Virus record (IMG/VR): IMGVR_UViG_3300017963_000371
Span: 1-46,379 of that record
From: a virus
Lineage: Duplodnaviria > Caudoviricetes
DNA: 46,379 bases
Strand: one strand, 5' to 3'
Part shown: positions 42,689 through 46,379 of the stretch, piece by piece
Numbering within the stretch: the stretch's first letter is position 1
Layout: each line of letters opens with the position of its first letter
Notes under the pieces: model-generated
What the model was told of the DNA's origin: nothing
What the model saw: only the letters and a program-made list of their open reading frames with translations
The model's database searches: none
Made by a program: the position numbers and the translations under genes

Positions 42689-42717
42689 ATTGTAATCTAT
42701 TTTTTCTCTTTTGTCAA
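42689..42717 (-). promoter_or_regulatory. sigma70-type promoter
   Basis: TTGACA-17 nt-TACAAT on minus strand. Confidence 0.85.
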
Positions 42718-42917
42718 GGAAAAAATAAGCTCTGGGTTGATTTTTTAATAGAGGGCCTTGACCATCCGGGCATGAAGCGTCCAGAATTCCCTTGTTCTGG
42801 CCTGCTGCCAGCCCTTGGGCCACCACCTTTTAGCTCGTTGGGCACATGGCTTTACCATGAAAGTTATGTCACTGTAAGCTACCACTTGCCTCCTGCTGAA
42901 TCCTGCATAAAGTTCTT

Positions 42918-43148
42918 TCATACCATAACATCCCTTGGAAAATATTTATCCCTATAAGCAGCGTAAACTTCAGCTCTTTCACGTAAACGCATGTTGATCC
43001 AGCTGATAGATGTACGTGTGTATCCATCTGCGAATAGTTTTTGTCGTAACCTATTAGCGATTGGTGGATCTATTGAAAAATAGTCATAAGCAATAGTCCG
43101 ATGTTCTCTAGTAGGTTCCTTCGCCTCTTTCAACTTTTCTTCCTCCAA
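42918..43148 (-). CDS. Hypothetical protein
   Basis: ORF starting within the 32-bp repeat. Confidence 0.5.
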   Translation of the reverse strand: MEEEKLKEAKEPTREHRTIAYDYFSIDPPIANRLRQKLFADGYTRTSISWINMRLRERAEVYAAYRDKYFPRDVMV

Positions 43149-43411
43149 GCAGTTTGTTGCCAGCCTCTAAGTAACGAGCTTGTATGCTATTGGGGTTGCG
43201 AACCGTCCACAGCAATCGCAACGCCAGCCGCGCACGTTATGCTGAGGTTCCCCTGGTTCTCCATACCTATGTCTTCCTGAGCAGATAGCCTTACCTGGAA
43301 ACTTTAGCAGGTATTGCACTCCTGGTTTCCGTGGTGGCTCTCCCCTGATCCAACTACTCATAAAACACCTCTATCTCTGCTCTTTCAACTTTTCTTCCTC
43401 CAAGCAGTTTG
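43125..43411. repeat. Exact 32-bp direct repeat flanking one small gene
   Basis: ctctttcaacttttcttcctccaagcagtttg at 43125-43156 and 43380-43411. Confidence 0.95.
43167..43361 (-). CDS. Small protein (DUF551-like start, CxCC)
   Basis: MSSWI..EPP..PG.QYL; GAGG RBS. Confidence 0.6.
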   Translation of the reverse strand: MSSWIRGEPPRKPGVQYLLKFPGKAICSGRHRYGEPGEPQHNVRGWRCDCCGRFATPIAYKLVT

Positions 43412-43547
43412 CTGTTTGAGCCATTCAAAATATCGGCAATACCACCAACCTTTATAGCGGCCTAGACTCCACGTGAACCTATCAGCAACTAAGCAAGAGT
43501 CTTTTGCATCACCGCAAGTGAATATTCTTTTAGTCTTTTTCATCTCC

Positions 43548-43919
43548 TTAGTCCTCTACCAGGTCTTCTGGATTTGGCATCTGAATGACTGTTTCTTCCC
43601 TGTCAATGAGATCAAGTATTTCCTCTCCTAGTCGGTCGTGAGCTAATCGTTGCTCTACAACGGGCGTTGGAATTAGCTTTGGTTTGACTGTCGGTATTGT
43701 AGCGACTCCGAAGCAATTTGTCAAGTAATTTTGAGCTTCAGTGATATTTTTAAACTGAAGCTCTGGATAATCTTGAACAATTGCCTCAAAAATCTGCCTG
43801 AGGGCATAAGACACTATGTCGGATTTTGCCTTTGGTGGCAAGCCGTTGGTGACCAAAAAGCGGGCTATGGTAGCAGCTACCTCCGGGTCACAACGGGCTG
43901 TTATTGAATAGCGGGGCAT
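43548..43919 (-). CDS. Possible ribbon-helix-helix DNA-binding protein
   Basis: YSITARCDPEVAATIARFL...KSDIVSYAL; GAGG RBS. Confidence 0.55.
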   Translation of the reverse strand: MPRYSITARCDPEVAATIARFLVTNGLPPKAKSDIVSYALRQIFEAIVQDYPELQFKNITEAQNYLTNCFGVATIPTVKPKLIPTPVVEQRLAHDRLGEEILDLIDREETVIQMPNPEDLVED

Positions 43920-43924
43920 TTTTC

Positions 43925-44107
43925 TTACCTCACATTATTGAATGCCGTTATAGCCACATGTGTAGCTTCTTTTCTCTTAATTACTATTTTAGCCATTCTT
44001 CGTATTGCAGTTTTAGGCGTAATGTGACTACCGAAGGCCATGACTAGTGCTACTTGCTCTTGCTTCCTGTTCTCGAAGACATTAGCTGACATGAAATAAC
44101 TTTTCAT
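43925..44107 (-). CDS. Hypothetical protein
   Basis: ATGA overlap. Confidence 0.5.
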   Translation of the reverse strand: MKSYFMSANVFENRKQEQVALVMAFGSHITPKTAIRRMAKIVIKRKEATHVAITAFNNVR

Positions 44108-44331
44108 TTCCCAGGTTCTCCTTTTCCTTTTCTTTCAACAATCTTCCTTCTCATCCGTTTTCTCTGTTCTTTCTGTTGGTCTGTCAGAACTGGTTCCTTT
44201 TTCTCAGTAGCAGAGAGATAAGAGGGAGAAGTTGGAACAGAACTTGCCACGGAATCATGAACTAAGGCAAAAAGAACGCAGGAAAGGAAAAAAGCTAAGG
44301 CGGTTAAGAGTGCTTTGGTTTCTGGTTTCAT
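44104..44331 (-). CDS. Small protein with N-terminal TM/signal sequence
   Basis: ALLTALAFFLSCVLFALV; GGAG RBS. Confidence 0.55.
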   Translation of the reverse strand: MKPETKALLTALAFFLSCVLFALVHDSVASSVPTSPSYLSATEKKEPVLTDQQKEQRKRMRRKIVERKGKGEPGK

Positions 44332-44332
44332 T

Positions 44333-44587
44333 TTATCGCTCCTTGGTTAAGATGTTCCAGAGATAGCTAATTATCGCGCCATTAAAGCCACCAATTAATG
44401 GCAAACAGAACACTAGACCTATAGGCCATAAGATGACAAGCATTAGACCTAAACCAAGCCACTTATCGGGCACCCAATTTGCTGGTTTGACTCCTACCAT
44501 ACGACCTTGTTGGATTAATAAAAAGGCTACTATAAAGTGTGGCGATAGTAAAGGTGCAATGGAGATAAACCAATCTAACAAAATCAT
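44333..44587 (-). CDS. Small multi-TM membrane protein
   Basis: Highly hydrophobic 84 aa. Confidence 0.55.
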   Translation of the reverse strand: MILLDWFISIAPLLSPHFIVAFLLIQQGRMVGVKPANWVPDKWLGLGLMLVILWPIGLVFCLPLIGGFNGAIISYLWNILTKER

Positions 44588-45177
44588 GACAATTTCCTCA
44601 GGATAGGAATTATAGGCATCTTCTTGCCTTCTTCTTGCTCTTCTCTTAGTTTAGCTTCAGTCGCGAGATTTCTAGCTCTCAGAGCTACCAATTCCCAAGC
44701 GTGCTGCTGCTCTGGTGGGAGCTCCTGGTAGTGTGGCGGCGTTGGTTCCCAGTCACGACAGCCACGACAGTAGGCTAGGTAAGCTGCCACTGGTGCGACG
44801 CTGGCTGATTTAGTCAACCAACAGGCTTCTGCCACTGAGTGCCAAACGTTATCCCAAGAATCCGAATTACTAGGCGGTCGATTCATTCGGACTCCAAAAG
44901 CCGGATCTCGCATTATTACCTCTTCCCCTGGACCAAAGTTAACTGCTTCGTATTCATGCTTGGAAACTAAGATTACTGATCCAAGAACAGCTTTCTGATA
45001 GACCGCTTTGCAGACTAATCCCGCCTGAAATTCCCACTCTTGGACTTCTTTCCGCACATTCCATTTCGCGTCTCTCTGAATGAGAGCTAACCATTCATTT
45101 CTGGTCATAATAAGCCTCCATTTTCGCCATAATCTCCACATGCTCCTTCTGAATTGCTGAGACTTTTTCCCAATCAC
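44584..45177 (-). CDS. Hypothetical protein (start probably MTRNEW near 45108)
   Basis: GGAGG RBS before MTRNEW. Confidence 0.55.
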   Translation of the reverse strand: MIGKKSQQFRRSMWRLWRKWRLIMTRNEWLALIQRDAKWNVRKEVQEWEFQAGLVCKAVYQKAVLGSVILVSKHEYEAVNFGPGEEVIMRDPAFGVRMNRPPSNSDSWDNVWHSVAEACWLTKSASVAPVAAYLAYCRGCRDWEPTPPHYQELPPEQQHAWELVALRARNLATEAKLREEQEEGKKMPIIPILRKLS

Positions 45178-45260
45178 TTAACGCTTTTGATCGCGTTATT
45201 TCCAGTATTCTAATATAGGAATCTTGTAGCAACTCCGCTAGCTTAAGCGCGCGCTCTGCT

Positions 45261-45617
45261 TTATGCATTTTCGATTTCCTCTCTAGCGTATAAGACGGTT
45301 GCCTCGAATTCTTCTTTAGACAATGAAGCAAGATATCTCTTCAGTGGAAGAGGAAGAGGAGCAGAGGAGATTGTTTTTTCTCTTTCTGCTTTCTTTCCTT
45401 CTTCAACTTTAGTAATCTTGTTTTCAAGAAGAAACCTAGCCTTGTTGATTCTAGCGAATTCTTCTCTTCGAGTTTGGATTTCTCTAATTGCTCGATGAAG
45501 TTCAGCAGATGCGGCTCTTTCTCTGAATTTCCACCCTTTGATTTCTTCCTTCAGAGATTCTTCTCTTGAAAGAATCTCTGCACAGATTTCTTTATCTGTC
45601 TGGTGTTGGTTAGTCAT
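45261..45617 (-). CDS. Coiled-coil hypothetical protein
   Basis: GGAG RBS; Glu/Arg/Lys-rich. Confidence 0.6.
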   Translation of the reverse strand: MTNQHQTDKEICAEILSREESLKEEIKGWKFRERAASAELHRAIREIQTRREEFARINKARFLLENKITKVEEGKKAEREKTISSAPLPLPLKRYLASLSKEEFEATVLYAREEIENA

Positions 45618-45621
45618 AGTG

Positions 45622-45876
45622 TTACTCCCAAGAGATGCCGGTACCTAGACGGGCCCAATTGTCGTTGCTTGCTGATTTTCCTACTCGTGTAAAAACCCTA
45701 TACCCTTCAGCTAAAAGAGTATAGGCTGTCTCTTTTTTCAGCCGACGGGCGAAGAATACGCTGTAACACTCCTGTTTACAAGAGCATTCAATGTGTTTAT
45801 GTGCATATATTAACTCTTCCTTAATCTTTTGCTTCTTCGCCTTTGCAGTCGTTGCTCTTGCTTTTCTCGCATTCAT
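45622..45876 (-). CDS. Hypothetical basic protein
   Basis: GGAGG RBS, TAATG coupling. Confidence 0.6.
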   Translation of the reverse strand: MNARKARATTAKAKKQKIKEELIYAHKHIECSCKQECYSVFFARRLKKETAYTLLAEGYRVFTRVGKSASNDNWARLGTGISWE

Positions 45877-46247
45877 TATTCAAACCTCCCTACTTCAAGC
45901 CAATCATTTCTCGGAACTTCTCTTGCTTTCCCTTGATCTTTTTTCACTAACCAAGGTTCTTCTTCATATTTGCCACCACTAAGAACGATCTTAGCAGGTT
46001 TGAGAAGATTTGTCAAGATGATTTTTGTCGCTTTCTGCTGCTCAGGTGGTCTGGTGATAGAGAGAACTTTCTTTCCTCTTCGGTTCTCAAGAATGGCAAG
46101 AGGGATGCCGGAAACAAAAATGGTGATTTCCTGCCCGGGAATACCACGAAAAGAGATGTTGGCATTTTTGAATTCTCTTTCATTCATTCTCCAGAACATT
46201 CGGACAAATGGCTGGGAGGTGGAGAGAGTTTTTTGATTTAACTTCAT
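45876..46247 (-). CDS. Hypothetical protein spanning the circular junction (5' end duplicated at 1-92)
   Basis: GGAG RBS in both copies. Confidence 0.65.
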   Translation of the reverse strand: MKLNQKTLSTSQPFVRMFWRMNEREFKNANISFRGIPGQEITIFVSGIPLAILENRRGKKVLSITRPPEQQKATKIILTNLLKPAKIVLSGGKYEEEPWLVKKDQGKAREVPRNDWLEVGRFE

Positions 46248-46258
46248 GTCTTTTCTCC
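46156..46258. repeat. Right copy of 103-bp terminal direct repeat
   Basis: Identical to 1-103. Confidence 0.95.
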
Positions 46259-46379
46259 CTTTTAACTAGAAACCCATTGACGAAACTTGGACATTGTTGT
46301 AGGCAGTACTTTGTTTCTTTTTTCCATCTCACTCCAAGATGTTTCTTTTCTCTTTACCATCCTTCTAGCTTCTTGATAA

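Noticed and set aside
1-46379. Prophage/integration module or alternative genetic code
   Set aside because: No integrase, CI-like repressor or host flanks; core genes are full length under code 11 with all three stops used

Overview
This window is an essentially complete ~46.2-kb genome of a tailed dsDNA phage with podovirus-type (short non-contractile tail) architecture. Bases 1-103 recur exactly at 46156-46258, giving a unit length of ~46155 bp. It has two oppositely transcribed halves. The + strand (5339-31043) carries TerS, a holin-like gene, TerL, portal, a muramidase-scaffold fusion, two head-accessory proteins, major capsid, adaptor, tail/fibre genes and ejection proteins. The - strand (31097-46247 continuing into 1-4768) carries a DUF3987-type helicase, UDG-fused family A DNA polymerase, SSB, Sak4-like ATPase, MBL nuclease, ATP ligase, a phosphoesterase and many small early genes. 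I recognised no integrase, repressor, phage RNA polymerase, tRNA, CRISPR array or reverse transcriptase, so it is probably lytic and dependent on host sigma70 RNA polymerase. Highlights: (1) two early promoters, each followed by an rRNA-operon-like leader (small hairpin, boxA, then a conserved 22-nt apex on different stems); (2) a tail nozzle gene apparently split around a 5.4-kb fibre cassette, in which IASGxITxTGQ repeats occur with two paralogous small beta-proteins; (3) a canonical -1 frameshift signal joining two ejection-protein ORFs; (4) a pesticin-like lysozyme fused to the scaffold, plus a stand-alone copy of the scaffold C-terminal domain; (5) a possible SAM-lyase-fold early gene. 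All protein calls come from motif recognition and synteny by eye; no database searches were run.
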